DNA of 64,000 nt from Alphaproteobacteria bacterium (GCA_965248835.1 CBDFLJ010000001.1:608001-672000), one strand, 5' to 3'; shown: positions 49,867-61,119, counted from the stretch's first letter. Notes: generated by a model from the letters alone, not told the origin. Numbers and translations: made by a program.

Positions 49867-50805
49867 GTGGGAGGACCCGTCAGAGCCTTGGCCGATAGAC
49901 AGACCGGATTGACAGCCCCCCAAATCGCCCTCGCCGACGGGCCGCCGGTCGGCGACTTCGTTGCGCTGCTCAAGCCGCGGGTGATGTCGCTGGTCGTCTT
50001 CACCGCGGTGACCGGGCTGGTTCTGGCACCCGGCGACATGCACCCGGTGCTGGCGGTGATTGCGGTCCTGTGCATTGCGGTCGGGGCGGGTGCGGCCGGG
50101 GCGGTCAACATGTGGTACGAGCGCGACGTCGACGCGCTGATGACGCGGACTCGGGCGCGGCCGCTGCCGGCCGGGCGCATGAATCCCGGCACCGCGCTGG
50201 GCTTCGGGGTGATGCTTTCGGTCGGCTCGGTCAGCGTCATGGCGCTCGCCGCCAACTGGACCGCCGCCGCGCTGCTGTCGCTGACCATCGCCTTCTATGT
50301 CTTCGTCTACACGATCTGGCTCAAGCGGCGGACACCGCAGAACATCGTTATCGGCGGTGCCGCCGGCGCGGTGCCGCCGATGATCGGCTGGGCGGCGGTC
50401 ACCGGCGACATCGGGCTCGGCGGGATCGCGCTGTTCGCGCTGATCTTCATGTGGACGCCGCCGCATTTCTGGGCGCTGTCGCTCTACAAGTGCGGCGACT
50501 ACCAGGAGGCTGGCATCCCGATGATGCCGGTGGTCGCCGGCACGCGCGAGACCAAGCGCCAGATCCTGCTCTACACGCTGCTCCTGGTGCCGGTCTCGTT
50601 GTCGCCGTCCGTCCTGGGCATCGCCGGGCCGGTCTATGCCGGGATCGCCGCGGCGATGGGGCTGGTCTTCATCGGCCTCGCATGGCAGGTCTGGCGCGCG
50701 GCGGACGAAGCGCGGGCGCCCAGGCTGTTCGGTTTCTCGATCCTCTATCTGTTCGTCCTGTTCGCGACGATGCTGGCCGAACGGCTTCTCGCCGGTGTGT
50801 TCTAA
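49867..50805 (+). CDS. ctaB: Protoheme IX farnesyltransferase (start uncertain)
   Basis: LLKPRVMSL, D.LM.RT..RP, LKRRTPQNIVIGG, WTPPHFWAL. Confidence 0.95.
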   Translation: MGGPVRALADRQTGLTAPQIALADGPPVGDFVALLKPRVMSLVVFTAVTGLVLAPGDMHPVLAVIAVLCIAVGAGAAGAVNMWYERDVDALMTRTRARPLPAGRMNPGTALGFGVMLSVGSVSVMALAANWTAAALLSLTIAFYVFVYTIWLKRRTPQNIVIGGAAGAVPPMIGWAAVTGDIGLGGIALFALIFMWTPPHFWALSLYKCGDYQEAGIPMMPVVAGTRETKRQILLYTLLLVPVSLSPSVLGIAGPVYAGIAAAMGLVFIGLAWQVWRAADEARAPRLFGFSILYLFVLFATMLAERLLAGVF

Positions 50806-50809
50806 GCCG

Positions 50810-50938
50810 ATGCCGAGGCGCGCTTACAGCCAACGCCATCGGCGGCGGCGCGCCGGGAACCTCGCGCTGCTGGCGGTGCTGCTCGGGCTGGTGGGGCTGT
50901 TCTACGTCATGTCGATCGTGCGCATGGGCGGGGCCTGA
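50810..50938 (+). CDS. Small membrane protein of alphaproteobacterial cox operons (CoxF-like)
   Basis: RRRR.GNLALLAVLLGLVGLFYVMSIVRMG; normally sits between ctaB and ctaG. Confidence 0.75.
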   Translation: MPRRAYSQRHRRRRAGNLALLAVLLGLVGLFYVMSIVRMGGA

Positions 50939-50989
50939 GATGCCGGCTTCCGGGCGCACGCCCGCACCGCGCGAGGGAAGGGCCGGGCG

Positions 50990-52492
50990 ATGAGACCCGA
51001 CGGTGCCTATGCCGCGCTCCAGGCACGGTTTGCCAGACTCGCAGCGCTGCGCGAAGCCGTCGGCTTGCTCCATTGGGACATGGCGGTGAACATGCCCAGC
51101 GGCGGTGCCGCGGCGCGTACCGACCAGCTCGCCGCACTCAAGCGCGTCTGCCACGAGATCCTGACCGAGGACGGCATGGCCGATCGCCTGGAGGCGGCCG
51201 CCGCCGAGGCCGCCGGGGATGCGTGGCGGTCGGCCAATGTCCGCGAGATGCGCCGTGCATGGATCCATGCCGCCGCCGTCGATGCCGATCTGGTCGAGGC
51301 GCGGTCCCGGGCCGAAGCCGCCTGCGAGATGGCTTGGCGCACCGCACGGGCCGACGACGACTTCGCGGCCGTAAGACCGCATCTGGAGACGGTGCTGGAC
51401 CTGGTCCGCCGCACCGGCGAGGCCAAGGCCACGGTGCTCGGATGCACGACCTTCGAGGCGCTGATGGATGCCTACGAGCCGGGTGCGAGGGCCGCGCGCA
51501 CCGATGCGCTGCTCGACGATCTGGCCGGCTTCCTGCCGGATTTCCTGGCCGAGGTGCTGGAGGCCCAGACCGCCCGCCCGAAGCCGCTTCCCCTGGACGG
51601 GCCGTTCCCGGTCGAAACCCAGCGCGCGCTCGCGTTGAAGCTCATGGAACGGCTCGGGTTCCGTTTCGACAACGGCCGGCTGGATGAAAGCCTGCACCCG
51701 TTCTGCGGCGGTGTGCCGGAGGATATCCGCATCACCACCCGCTACGATCCGGCCGATTTCACCCAGTCGGTCATGGCGGTGCTGCACGAGACCGGCCATG
51801 CGCTCTACGAGATGGGCCTGCCACCGGACTGGCGGCGCCAGCCGGTCGGCCGGGCGCGCGGCATGGCGATGCATGAGAGTCAATCGCTGATGATCGAGAT
51901 GCAAGCGTGCCGGTCGGCGGAGTTCATCGGTTTCCTGGCCCCCCTGGTGCGCGAGGCCTTCGCCGGATCCGGGCCGGCGTGGGAGGAATCGAATCTGCGC
52001 CGCCACTACCATCGGGTGGAACCCGGCCTTATCCGCGTCGACGCCGACGAGGTCACCTACCCGGCCCATGTCATCCTGCGCTACCGGCTTGAGCGGGCGA
52101 TGATCGCGGGCGAGATCGCCGTCGCCGATCTCCCCGAGGCGTGGTCCGAGGCCATGGAGCGGCTGCTCGGCATCCGCCCGCCGAACGACGCCCTCGGGTG
52201 CCTCCAGGACATCCACTGGTATGACGGCGCCTGGGGCTATTTCCCGACCTATACGATGGGTGCAATGGCCGCCGCCCAGCTCTTTGCCGCGGCCAGGGAC
52301 GCCGATCCAGGGATTCGGGATGCGATTGCGGCCGGAGATTTCGCGCCTTTGATGGACTGGCTCGGCGAGAACGTCCACCGCAGAGGCTCGCTGCTGCCCT
52401 CCAGCGATGCGATGCTCGAAGCCGCGACCGGCGCACCGCTGGGCACCGGGGCCTTCAAGCAGCACCTGCACGCCCGCTATCTGGCCCACTGA
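50990..52492 (+). CDS. Carboxypeptidase M32 (Taq-like)
   Basis: HPF, RITTRY, HETGHALYE, HESQS, IRVDADE, GCLQDIHW, GYFPTY. Confidence 0.95.
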   Translation: MRPDGAYAALQARFARLAALREAVGLLHWDMAVNMPSGGAAARTDQLAALKRVCHEILTEDGMADRLEAAAAEAAGDAWRSANVREMRRAWIHAAAVDADLVEARSRAEAACEMAWRTARADDDFAAVRPHLETVLDLVRRTGEAKATVLGCTTFEALMDAYEPGARAARTDALLDDLAGFLPDFLAEVLEAQTARPKPLPLDGPFPVETQRALALKLMERLGFRFDNGRLDESLHPFCGGVPEDIRITTRYDPADFTQSVMAVLHETGHALYEMGLPPDWRRQPVGRARGMAMHESQSLMIEMQACRSAEFIGFLAPLVREAFAGSGPAWEESNLRRHYHRVEPGLIRVDADEVTYPAHVILRYRLERAMIAGEIAVADLPEAWSEAMERLLGIRPPNDALGCLQDIHWYDGAWGYFPTYTMGAMAAAQLFAAARDADPGIRDAIAAGDFAPLMDWLGENVHRRGSLLPSSDAMLEAATGAPLGTGAFKQHLHARYLAH

Positions 52493-52572
52493 CCGCCGGG
52501 CGCCGCGCCGATATCCGTTGCTCCGCGGGCGGATTGAAGCCTATATGCGCGATTGACGCGAAAGGTCCAACG

Positions 52573-53979
52573 GTGCGCTATCTCAGTACAAGGGGCGAGG
52601 CTCCGCCGCTCGATTTCGAGGGTGTTCTGCTCACCGGGCTCGCGCCGGACGGCGGCCTCTACCTGCCGGAGACATGGCCCAGCCTGGAGGCCGGCGAACT
52701 CGCCTCGTTCGCCGCCCTGCCCTATTCCGAGGTCGCGTGCCGGGTGATGGCGCCGTTCGTGGTTCCGGCGATCGAGGAGCAGACCCTGGCGGATATTGTC
52801 GATGCCGCCTATGCCGGGTTCGACCACCAAGCGGTCGCACCGCTGGTCCAGCTCGATCGCAACGACTGGCTGCTGGAGCTGTTTCACGGACCGACGCTGG
52901 CCTTCAAGGACTATGCGCTCCAGGTGCTGGGACGGCTGTTCGACCATGCGCTGCACCGCCGGGGCGAGCGCGTCTCGATCGTCGTGGCGACATCCGGCGA
53001 TACCGGCTCGGCGGCGATCGAGGCGTGCCGCGGGCGCGAAGCGATCGAGATCTTCGTCCTCCATCCCGAGGGAAGGGTCTCCGACGTCCAGCGCCGCCAG
53101 ATGACGACGGTCGATGCGGCCAATGTTCACAACGTCGCCGTCCAGGGCACGTTCGATGACTGCCAGGATCTGGTCAAGGCGCTGTTCGCCGACCGCGCCT
53201 TGCGCAACGAATGCAGGCTCAGCGCCGTCAATTCGATCAACTGGGCGCGGATCATCGCCCAGACCGTCTATTACGTGATCGCGGCCGCGGCGCTCGGCGC
53301 GCCTGCGCGGCCGGTCGCCTTCGCGGTGCCGACGGGGAATTTCGGCAACGTCTACGCCGGCTACGTCGCGCGCCGGATGGGGGTGCCGATCGACCAGCTG
53401 ATCGTTGCCACCAACCGCAACGACATCCTCGCACGGTTCTTCGCGCGCGGCAGCATGACCATCGGCAAGGTGATGCCGACCATCAGCCCGTCGATGGACA
53501 TCCAGGTGTCCAGCAACTTCGAGCGGCTGCTGTTCGACATCCTCGGCCGCGACGGCGCTGCGGTCCGACGGATGATGGAAAGCTTCCGCCAGTCGGGCCG
53601 GCTGAAGATCGACAGCGCCGCCATGCGCGACCTGCGCAAGGTCTTCGCCTCGGACCGGCGCACCGACAGGCAGACCGCGCGCATCATCGAGGCGGAATTC
53701 GACGCCAGCGGCGTCGCGCTCGACCCCCACACCGCCATCGGGGTCGATGTCGGCCGGGCGAAGCGGCGCGATCCGGCGGTCCCCTTGGTGGCTCTGGCGA
53801 CGGCTCACCCGGCCAAGTTCCCCGACGCCGTCGCCGCCGCGACCGGGGAGCGGCCGGTCCTGCCGCCTCGGCTTGCCGGTTTGATGGATCTCCCGGAGCG
53901 GTTCGTCGTCCTGGACAACGATATCGCGGCCCTGAAGGCCCATATCCGCGAGCGCATATCCCTGCGGGGTGCGGCATGA
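52573..53979 (+). CDS. thrC: Threonine synthase
   Basis: YLSTRG, ELFHGPTLAFKD, ATSGDTG, NSINWAR, PTGNFG, TAHPAKF. Confidence 0.97.
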   Translation: MRYLSTRGEAPPLDFEGVLLTGLAPDGGLYLPETWPSLEAGELASFAALPYSEVACRVMAPFVVPAIEEQTLADIVDAAYAGFDHQAVAPLVQLDRNDWLLELFHGPTLAFKDYALQVLGRLFDHALHRRGERVSIVVATSGDTGSAAIEACRGREAIEIFVLHPEGRVSDVQRRQMTTVDAANVHNVAVQGTFDDCQDLVKALFADRALRNECRLSAVNSINWARIIAQTVYYVIAAAALGAPARPVAFAVPTGNFGNVYAGYVARRMGVPIDQLIVATNRNDILARFFARGSMTIGKVMPTISPSMDIQVSSNFERLLFDILGRDGAAVRRMMESFRQSGRLKIDSAAMRDLRKVFASDRRTDRQTARIIEAEFDASGVALDPHTAIGVDVGRAKRRDPAVPLVALATAHPAKFPDAVAAATGERPVLPPRLAGLMDLPERFVVLDNDIAALKAHIRERISLRGAA

Positions 53980-55232
53980 GCGTTGAAGTGACCACGTTGG
54001 CTAACGGCCTGCGGGTGATGAGCGAGCGCATGGAGGCGGTCGAGACGGTCTCGCTCGGCTGCTGGGTCAATGTCGGTACCAGGCATGAGACGGCCGAGGT
54101 CAACGGCATCGCCCACATGCTGGAGCACATGGCCTTCAAGGGCACGCGGCAGCGATCCGCGCGCGCCATCGCCGAGGAGATCGAATCGGTCGGCGGATAT
54201 CTCAACGCCTACACATCGCACGAGTTCACCGCCTACTATGCCACCGTGCTGGCCGGCGACGAGGGGCTGGCGCTGGACATCCTTGCCGACATCCTGCAAC
54301 GCTCGGTCTTCGATCCGGCCGAGCTCGAGCGCGAGCGCACGGTGATCCTGCAGGAGATCGGCCAGGCCAACGACACCCCCGACGACCTGGTTTTCGACCT
54401 CTTCCAGCAGGCGGCCTTCCCCGACCAGGCGGTGGGCCGGCCGGTGCTGGGAACGCCGGAACTGGTCGCCGGGATGAAACGCGCGGCGCTGATCGACTAC
54501 ATGGGGCAGAACTATACCGCGCCGCGCATGGTGGTCGCCGCGGCCGGCAAGATCGACCACGACCGGTTCGCCGGCCACGCCGGAGCCGCCTTCGGCGGGC
54601 TCGTCTCGACCGGCGGGGCGCAGCCGGTCCCGGCGCGCTATGCCGGCGGCGATGCACGCCGGGACCGCGACCTGGAGCAGGTCCATATCGTGCTGGGCCT
54701 GGAGGGCCTCGCCTACGAGGACCCCGACTACTACGCGATGTCGATCCTCTCGGCGATACTCGGCGGCGGCATGTCTTCGCGGCTGTTCCAGGATATCCGC
54801 GAAGACAGGGGGCTGGTCTATTCGATCTACACCTTCGGCTCGACCTACGTCGATTCCGGGATCTTCGGCATCTACGCCGGTACCGGTCGCGAGGCCGCGG
54901 ACGAGGTCGTCGGGCTGATCTGCCGCCACGTTCGCGGAATGGCCGAGGGCATCACCGAGCCCGAACTGCAACGCGCCCGCGCGCAGTTCAAGGCCGGAAT
55001 CGTGATGTCGCTGGAAAGCACCGCCGCGCGCGCCGAGCAGATCGCGCGCCAGACGCTGGTCTACGGCCGGCCGCTTTCGATCCCCGAGGTGATCGCCAGG
55101 ATCGACGCGGTCGATGTCGGCGCGATCGAACGTCTCTCCGGGCGGCTGCGCGCCGGCCCGCCCACGCTGGCTGCGATCGGCCCGGTCTCGGGCATCCCGG
55201 ATTATGACGCGATCGTTGCGGCGTTGACGTAA
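53976..55232 (+). CDS. M16 family (pitrilysin/MPP-like) peptidase
   Basis: HMLEHMAFKGT inverted zinc motif, NAYT, GGGMSSRLFQ. Confidence 0.95.
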   Translation: MSVEVTTLANGLRVMSERMEAVETVSLGCWVNVGTRHETAEVNGIAHMLEHMAFKGTRQRSARAIAEEIESVGGYLNAYTSHEFTAYYATVLAGDEGLALDILADILQRSVFDPAELERERTVILQEIGQANDTPDDLVFDLFQQAAFPDQAVGRPVLGTPELVAGMKRAALIDYMGQNYTAPRMVVAAAGKIDHDRFAGHAGAAFGGLVSTGGAQPVPARYAGGDARRDRDLEQVHIVLGLEGLAYEDPDYYAMSILSAILGGGMSSRLFQDIREDRGLVYSIYTFGSTYVDSGIFGIYAGTGREAADEVVGLICRHVRGMAEGITEPELQRARAQFKAGIVMSLESTAARAEQIARQTLVYGRPLSIPEVIARIDAVDVGAIERLSGRLRAGPPTLAAIGPVSGIPDYDAIVAALT

Positions 55233-55234
55233 AA

Positions 55235-55266
55235 CCCTCCCGATCGCGGGAGAGGCAGGGTGAGGG
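55235..55266. repeat. Alphaproteobacterial REP-like palindrome
   Basis: CCCTCCCGATCGCGGGAGAGGCAGGGTGAGGG resembles the common CTCCC..GGGAGAGGG..GGGTGAGGG repeat; lies between convergent genes. Confidence 0.6.
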
Positions 55267-55272
55267 TTGGTG

Positions 55273-55842
55273 TCAGGCGTGGCCGGCGTCGCCGGAGAGC
55301 ATGTTGATGTTGATGCCGATCTTGGCCATCGCCCGTTCCCAGCGGTTCTCGTGGCTGCCCTCGAAAATCAGGGTCTCGTCGGCCGGCACCGACAGCCAGC
55401 CATTGCGCTGGATCTCGCTGTCGAGCTGGCCCGGTCCCCAACCGGCATAGCCCAGCGCCAGCAGGCTGCGCTGGGGACCCTTGCCCGCCGCGATCGCCTT
55501 GAGGATGTCGATCGTCGCGGTCAGCGCGACCGCGTCGTTGATGACCAGCGTGGCATCCTCGACGAAATCCGCCGAATGCAGGACGAAGCCGCGCCCGGTC
55601 TCGACCGGGCCGCCGAAATGGACGTTGATGCTTCCACCGTCGCCGGAAATGTTGAGTTGCTCCAAGAGGTCGGGAAAATCGACGTTTTCCATCAGTTTGT
55701 TGACGACCAGCCCCATCGCGCCGTCGGCGGTATGCGCGCACAGATAGATGACCGCCTTGGCGAACCGCGAATCCTCCATCTGCGGCATCGCGACCAGGAG
55801 CTGCCCGGTCAGATAGCCTTGGTTGCCGTCATCCGAACCCAT
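55273..55842 (-). CDS. YqgE/AlgH family protein
   Basis: [36 protein letters not shown]. Confidence 0.95.
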   Translation of the reverse strand: MGSDDGNQGYLTGQLLVAMPQMEDSRFAKAVIYLCAHTADGAMGLVVNKLMENVDFPDLLEQLNISGDGGSINVHFGGPVETGRGFVLHSADFVEDATLVINDAVALTATIDILKAIAAGKGPQRSLLALGYAGWGPGQLDSEIQRNGWLSVPADETLIFEGSHENRWERAMAKIGININMLSGDAGHA

Positions 55843-56034
55843 CGAAACGCCCTTCCTGCGCGGTCAGGTCTCTCCTCGCCTGCCGGGGGCGGGATGGGAC
55901 GACACGCAAATTTTACGAACGCGTGAGCGCCTGTCGTCCTATATATCGGAGGCGAAGCGGCCTCGCTGTCGGGCCGCGCCCCTCGGCGGCTGCCGGACGG
56001 AGTATACCGCAATATCCGAACGACAGGTAATGGT

Positions 56035-58176
56035 GTGAGTGTGAGCGCCAAGCGCCCGGTCGACCGTCTGTTGGCGGCGGCGGCGGTTATGGTTCCGATG
56101 GCCCTGGCGATGCTGGGCGCCGGGCCCGCCCACGCGGCCGCGTCGGAATGGTGGCGGACCGAGCACGGCGCGGTCCGGCTGATCACGGCCACCAACGCAG
56201 TCGGCCAGGGTGCGACGGTCCAGGCCGGGCTGCACTTCAAGATGAACAAGGACTGGAAGATCTACTGGCGCTCGCCGGGCGATGCCGGTTTCCCGCCCGT
56301 GCCCGACTGGGCCGGATCGCGGAACCTGGCCGAAGCGCGGCTGTCCTGGCCGGCGCCGCAGCGGTTCTCGGTCCTCGGCCTGGAGACGCTGGGCTACACC
56401 GGGGAGGTGGTCCTGCCGGTGACCGTCGCCGTCCGCGAGCCCGGCGAGCCGGTCGCCCTGCGGGCGAAGGTGCGCTATCTGACCTGCAACGACATCTGCG
56501 TGCCCTACGAGGCCGATCTCGCCTTCGCGCTGCCGGCGGGTCTTGAGACGTCCTCGATCGAGCACGGCCTGATTGCGGCCTTTCGGGCGCGGGTCCCGGT
56601 GACCGGCGAGGACGGTCCGCTGCGGATCGAATCCGCGGCCGCGGTGGGTGGTGCCACCACCACGGCGGTAGAGCTGCGCCTGCTCGCGCGGGCGCCGCTG
56701 TCGGGGCCCGACGTCTATGTCGAGGGCGCCGCGGGTTGGGCGTTCGAAGCACCGCAATCGATCATCGAGCCCGGCGGCCAGGCCGCCCTGGTGCGGATCG
56801 CCGCGTTGGCGCCGCCCAAGACCACCGAGTCGCTGGTCGGCCGCGAACTGGTTCTGACCGCGGTCGACGGCGACCGGGCGATCGAGCGCACCGTGGTTCT
56901 GAGCGCCCCGCCGGCCGCCGCGCCCGCCCGAAGCCTAGCGGTGATCCTGGCGCTTGCGGTCCTCGGCGGGCTGATCCTCAACCTGATGCCCTGCGTGCTG
57001 CCCGTCCTGTCGCTCAAGCTGTTGTCGGTGGTGGGCCATGGCGGCGGCCACGCGGGCGCGGTGCGGGCAGGGTTCCTGGCATCCACCGCCGGCATCCTGG
57101 TGTCGTTCCTGGTGCTCGGCAGCGGCGCGGTCGGCCTGCGTCTGGCCGGCCAATCGGCGGGCTGGGGCATCCAGTTCCAGCAGCCGCTGTTCCTGGTGTT
57201 CATGGCCGTGATCCTCACCCTGTTCGCGGCGAACCTGTTCGGGCTTTTCGAGATCCGGTTGCCGGGTGCGGTCTCCGATTTCGCCCTCGCCGGCGGCGGC
57301 AAGGGCCACGGCATGGGCGGCCACTTCCTGACCGGCGCGTTCGCCACTTTGCTCGCCACACCGTGCTCGGCGCCGTTCCTCGGCACCGCGGTGGGTTTCG
57401 CACTCTCCCGTGGTCCGTTGGAGATCTACGCCGTCTTCCTGGCGCTCGGGATCGGTCTTGCGCTGCCGTACCTTGCGGTCGCCGCCTTCCCCGGGATCGC
57501 GACCCGGATGCCGCGGCCGGGCCCGTGGATGCGCATGCTGCGCCGTGTGCTAGGGCTCGCGCTGGTCGCCACCGCGGCCTGGCTCCTGAGCGTGCTCGCC
57601 GTCCAGACCGGCCTGGAGCGGGCGGTGGTGGCCGGCATCTGCCTGGTTGGGCTTGCCGTCGGCCTCGCCTTGGCCGGCGCGGCCACCCGCGCCCGGTCGA
57701 GCGCCGGGTTCGCGGTCTCAGGCGCCGCGGTCGTGATCGCGCTGGCGCTGGCGGCCTGGCCCGGCGCCGGACCCGGCCCGAGCAAGGCTCTGGCCGGGAA
57801 ATGGACGGAATTCGACCGGTCGCGCATTGCCCGCGAGGTCGCGGCCGGAAAGCTGGTGTTCGTCGACGTGACAGCGGACTGGTGCATCACCTGCCAGGTC
57901 AACAAGGCCCTGGTGCTCGACGCCCCGCCGGTGAGCGGCCGGCTGGCGGGCAAGGATATTTTGGCTATGCGGGCCGACTGGACGCGCCCGAACCGGGAGA
58001 TCGCCGCGTTCCTGAAGTCCTTCGGGCGCTACGGCATCCCGTTCAACGTCGTTTACGGACCGGGCGGACCGGGCGGGATCCCGCTTCCGGAGATCCTGAC
58101 CCAGAAATCTGTCATGGAAACCCTGGCCCGCGCCGGCACCGGCGGCGGCGGTCCGACGGCGGTAACGAAACGTTAA
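56035..58176 (+). CDS. DsbD/ScsB-family thiol:disulfide interchange protein (start uncertain)
   Basis: YWRSPGDAG, CNDIC, LNLMPCVLPVL, ATPCSAP, thioredoxin WCITC. Confidence 0.92.
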   Translation: MSVSAKRPVDRLLAAAAVMVPMALAMLGAGPAHAAASEWWRTEHGAVRLITATNAVGQGATVQAGLHFKMNKDWKIYWRSPGDAGFPPVPDWAGSRNLAEARLSWPAPQRFSVLGLETLGYTGEVVLPVTVAVREPGEPVALRAKVRYLTCNDICVPYEADLAFALPAGLETSSIEHGLIAAFRARVPVTGEDGPLRIESAAAVGGATTTAVELRLLARAPLSGPDVYVEGAAGWAFEAPQSIIEPGGQAALVRIAALAPPKTTESLVGRELVLTAVDGDRAIERTVVLSAPPAAAPARSLAVILALAVLGGLILNLMPCVLPVLSLKLLSVVGHGGGHAGAVRAGFLASTAGILVSFLVLGSGAVGLRLAGQSAGWGIQFQQPLFLVFMAVILTLFAANLFGLFEIRLPGAVSDFALAGGGKGHGMGGHFLTGAFATLLATPCSAPFLGTAVGFALSRGPLEIYAVFLALGIGLALPYLAVAAFPGIATRMPRPGPWMRMLRRVLGLALVATAAWLLSVLAVQTGLERAVVAGICLVGLAVGLALAGAATRARSSAGFAVSGAAVVIALALAAWPGAGPGPSKALAGKWTEFDRSRIAREVAAGKLVFVDVTADWCITCQVNKALVLDAPPVSGRLAGKDILAMRADWTRPNREIAAFLKSFGRYGIPFNVVYGPGGPGGIPLPEILTQKSVMETLARAGTGGGGPTAVTKR

Positions 58177-58259
58177 CCCGCCGGCGCGCAACGGGCGTGA
58201 CATCGCAAGGGCGATGCCTTATCTCAGGCGCGGACTTTTCGCACAAAGGGGGAAGCGCG

Positions 58260-58742
58260 ATGACGATCACGGTGGGTGACAGGATCCCGGAAGCGACGCT
58301 GACGGCGATGGGCGCGGACGGTCCGGCACCGATCACGACCGAGGAGCTGTTTTCCGGCAAGAAGGTCGCCGTCTTCGCGGTTCCCGGAGCCTTCACCCCG
58401 ACGTGCTCGGCCAAGCACCTGCCGGGTTTCGTCGAGCAGGCCGGCGCGATCAAGGCCAAGGGCGTGGATACGATCGCGTGCGTGGCGGTCAACGACGTCT
58501 TCGTGATGAACGCCTGGGGCAAGAGCCAGAACGTCGGCGACGGGGTGATGATGCTGGCCGACGGCAGCGGCGCCTTCGCCAAGGCGCTGGACGTCGAGCT
58601 CGATCTGGTCGAGCGCGGCCTCGGGATGCGCTCCAGACGTTATTCCATGATCGTCGATGACGGCACCATCACCCAGCTCAATCTCGAGGAGGGCGGCGGT
58701 TTCGAGGTCAGCGACGCGGGCACGCTCCTGACCCAGATTTAG
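58260..58742 (+). CDS. Peroxiredoxin (Prx5 type)
   Basis: PGAFTPTCS..HLPG, VNDVFVM, RSRRY. Confidence 0.95.
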   Translation: MTITVGDRIPEATLTAMGADGPAPITTEELFSGKKVAVFAVPGAFTPTCSAKHLPGFVEQAGAIKAKGVDTIACVAVNDVFVMNAWGKSQNVGDGVMMLADGSGAFAKALDVELDLVERGLGMRSRRYSMIVDDGTITQLNLEEGGGFEVSDAGTLLTQI

Positions 58743-58750
58743 GGCGGGGC

Positions 58751-59191
58751 CTACCCGCGCCCGGCGAGGCCCTTGCGCGCCAGCGCATCGGCGCGCTCGT
58801 TGTCGACATGCCCGGCATGCCCCTTGACCCAGCGCCATTCGACGTTGTGGCCGGCAAGCGCGGCGTCGAGGCGCTGCCATAAATCGATGTTCTTGACCGG
58901 TTTCCTGGCGGCGGTCTTCCAGCCGTTGCGCTTCCAACCGTCGATCCAGCGCGTAATCCCGTCCTTCAGGTAGGTGCTGTCGGTGTGGAGGACGACGTTG
59001 ACCGGGCGTTTCAGCGACTCCAGGGCGCGGATGGCGGCCATCAACTCCATGCGGTTGTTGGTCGTCGGATCCTCGCCGCCGCACAGCTCCTTCTCCGTGC
59101 CGTCGTAGCGCAACAGCGCGCCCCAGCCACCCGGGCCGGGGTTGCCGCTGCATGCACCGTCGGTGAAGATCGCCACCGTCCGGCCGCTCAT
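58751..59191 (-). CDS. rnhA: Ribonuclease HI
   Basis: [34 protein letters not shown]. Confidence 0.97.
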   Translation of the reverse strand: MSGRTVAIFTDGACSGNPGPGGWGALLRYDGTEKELCGGEDPTTNNRMELMAAIRALESLKRPVNVVLHTDSTYLKDGITRWIDGWKRNGWKTAARKPVKNIDLWQRLDAALAGHNVEWRWVKGHAGHVDNERADALARKGLAGRG

Positions 59192-60153
59192 GGGTCGAGC
59201 CCGTAGGCGCCCGGCCCGGAAAGCCCGCGGTGGAAGCGCAGCTTGCGCAGGTATTCGAGCGGGTCCTTGCGGCGGACCATCACGCCCTCGGCCGGGAACA
59301 ACATGTCGTGCAAGCGGGTGAGCAGGAAGCGCAGCGCGGCGCCGCGGGTGAGAACCGGCAGGGCGGAGATCTCCGCGCGGGTCAGCGGACGCTCGGCTCC
59401 ATAGGCCTGGATCATGCGGCGGGCCTTGGTGATGTTGAAGTCGCCGCCGGTCTCGAAGCACCAGGCGTTGAGACAGATCGCAAGCTCATAGGCGTAGAGG
59501 TCGTTGCAGGCAAAGTAGAAATCGATCAGACCCGACAGCGCCCCGCCGAGGAAGAAGACGTTGTCCGGGAACAGGTCCGCGTGGATCACCCCGCCCGGCG
59601 CGCCGCCCGGCCATCCTTCGTCGAGGAAATCGAGCTCGCCGTCGATCTCGTCCGCCAGACCGGGCAGGACTTCATCGGCGCGGTCGCGGCACAGCGCGAA
59701 CAGTGGGCGCCATGACCGGACGCCGAGCGCGTTGGACCGCTCCATCCCGAACCCCTCCCCGGCGCGGTGCATCCGCGCCATCGCGCCGCCGAGCAGCGCG
59801 CAGTGCCGCGGAGTCGGCCGCCGGGCGCCAATCCCGTCGAGGAACGTCACCACCGCGGCCGGGCGGCCGCAAAGCGTCCGCAGCGCCCTGCCGTCGCGGC
59901 CGTGGACCGGCGTCGGACAGGCGATCCCGTTCCCGGCAAGGTGTTCCATCAGCCCGAGGAAGAAGGGAAGGTCGCGGGCATCGACCCGGCGCTCGTACAA
60001 CGTCACGATGAAGGCGCCGCGCTCGGTGCGCAGCAGATAGTTGGAGTTCTCGATCCCCTCGGCGATCCCCTTGAAGGCCAGCACGCGGCCGAGATCATAC
60101 TGGGCGATAAAGCCCTCCATGGCCTCGTCGCAGACATCGGTATAGACCGCCAC
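59188..60153 (-). CDS. thrB: Homoserine kinase type II
   Basis: [26 protein letters not shown]. Confidence 0.95.
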   Translation of the reverse strand: MAVYTDVCDEAMEGFIAQYDLGRVLAFKGIAEGIENSNYLLRTERGAFIVTLYERRVDARDLPFFLGLMEHLAGNGIACPTPVHGRDGRALRTLCGRPAAVVTFLDGIGARRPTPRHCALLGGAMARMHRAGEGFGMERSNALGVRSWRPLFALCRDRADEVLPGLADEIDGELDFLDEGWPGGAPGGVIHADLFPDNVFFLGGALSGLIDFYFACNDLYAYELAICLNAWCFETGGDFNITKARRMIQAYGAERPLTRAEISALPVLTRGAALRFLLTRLHDMLFPAEGVMVRRKDPLEYLRKLRFHRGLSGPGAYGLDP

Positions 60154-60174
60154 CGCAGACCGTGCGGGTCCGCC

Positions 60175-61119
60175 TCACGCGGTCAGAGCGCGGGGCAGGG
60201 AGAATTCGACCGACTCGCGGATCAGGTCCACCTCTTCGACCGTGACCTCGAACCATCCGGCGCAGAGATCGATCAGTTCGCGCACCAGGATCTCCGGTGC
60301 CGAGGCGCCGGCGGTGACGCCGAGCCGGGCGACGCCATCGAGCCAAAAGCGATCGATATCGTGGGCGCGCTGGATCAGCAGCGCCTTCTTGCACCCGCTG
60401 GCGCGCGCCACCTCGGCAAGCCGGTTGGAGTTCGACGAGTTCGGCGCACCGATCACCACCAGCGCATCGCAGCGCCCGGCGATCTCCTTGACCGCGGCCT
60501 GGCGGTTGGTCGTCGCATAGCAGATGTCTTCCTTGTGCGGCGCGGTGATTTTTGGGAAACGGCGGGTGAGCACCGCGACGATCTCCGATGTCTCGTCGAC
60601 CGACAGCGTCGTCTGGGTGACGTAGGCGAGGTTGTCCGGGTCGGCGACGTTGACCGACAGGGCGTCTTCCACGGTCTCGACGAGGATCATCTTCCCGGGC
60701 GGGAGCTGGCCCATGGTGCCGACGACCTCGGGGTGGCCGGCATGGCCGACCAGGATGATCTGCCGCCTTTCGCCGGCATGGCGGCGTGCATCGACATGCA
60801 CCTTGGTGACCAGCGGACAGGTCGCATCGAGATAGAACATCTCCCGGCGGTCGGCCTCGGTGACCACCGCCTTGGCGACGCCGTGGGCGCTGAACACCAC
60901 CGGCACGCCGTCGGGGACCTCGTCGAGTTCCTCGACGAAGACCGCGCCTTTGTCCTCGAGCGCGGCGACGACATAGCGGTTGTGGACGATCTCGTGGCGG
61001 ACATAGACCGGCTGGCCGTACTTCTCCAGCGCCAGCTCGACGATCTCGATCGCCCGGTCGACGCCGGCGCAGAATCCCCTCGGTCCGGCCAGCATGATCG
61101 TCAGCGGAAGCTTCGGCAT
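60175..61119 (-). CDS. ispH: 4-hydroxy-3-methylbut-2-enyl diphosphate reductase
   Basis: [46 protein letters not shown]. Confidence 0.97.
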   Translation of the reverse strand: MPKLPLTIMLAGPRGFCAGVDRAIEIVELALEKYGQPVYVRHEIVHNRYVVAALEDKGAVFVEELDEVPDGVPVVFSAHGVAKAVVTEADRREMFYLDATCPLVTKVHVDARRHAGERRQIILVGHAGHPEVVGTMGQLPPGKMILVETVEDALSVNVADPDNLAYVTQTTLSVDETSEIVAVLTRRFPKITAPHKEDICYATTNRQAAVKEIAGRCDALVVIGAPNSSNSNRLAEVARASGCKKALLIQRAHDIDRFWLDGVARLGVTAGASAPEILVRELIDLCAGWFEVTVEEVDLIRESVEFSLPRALTA

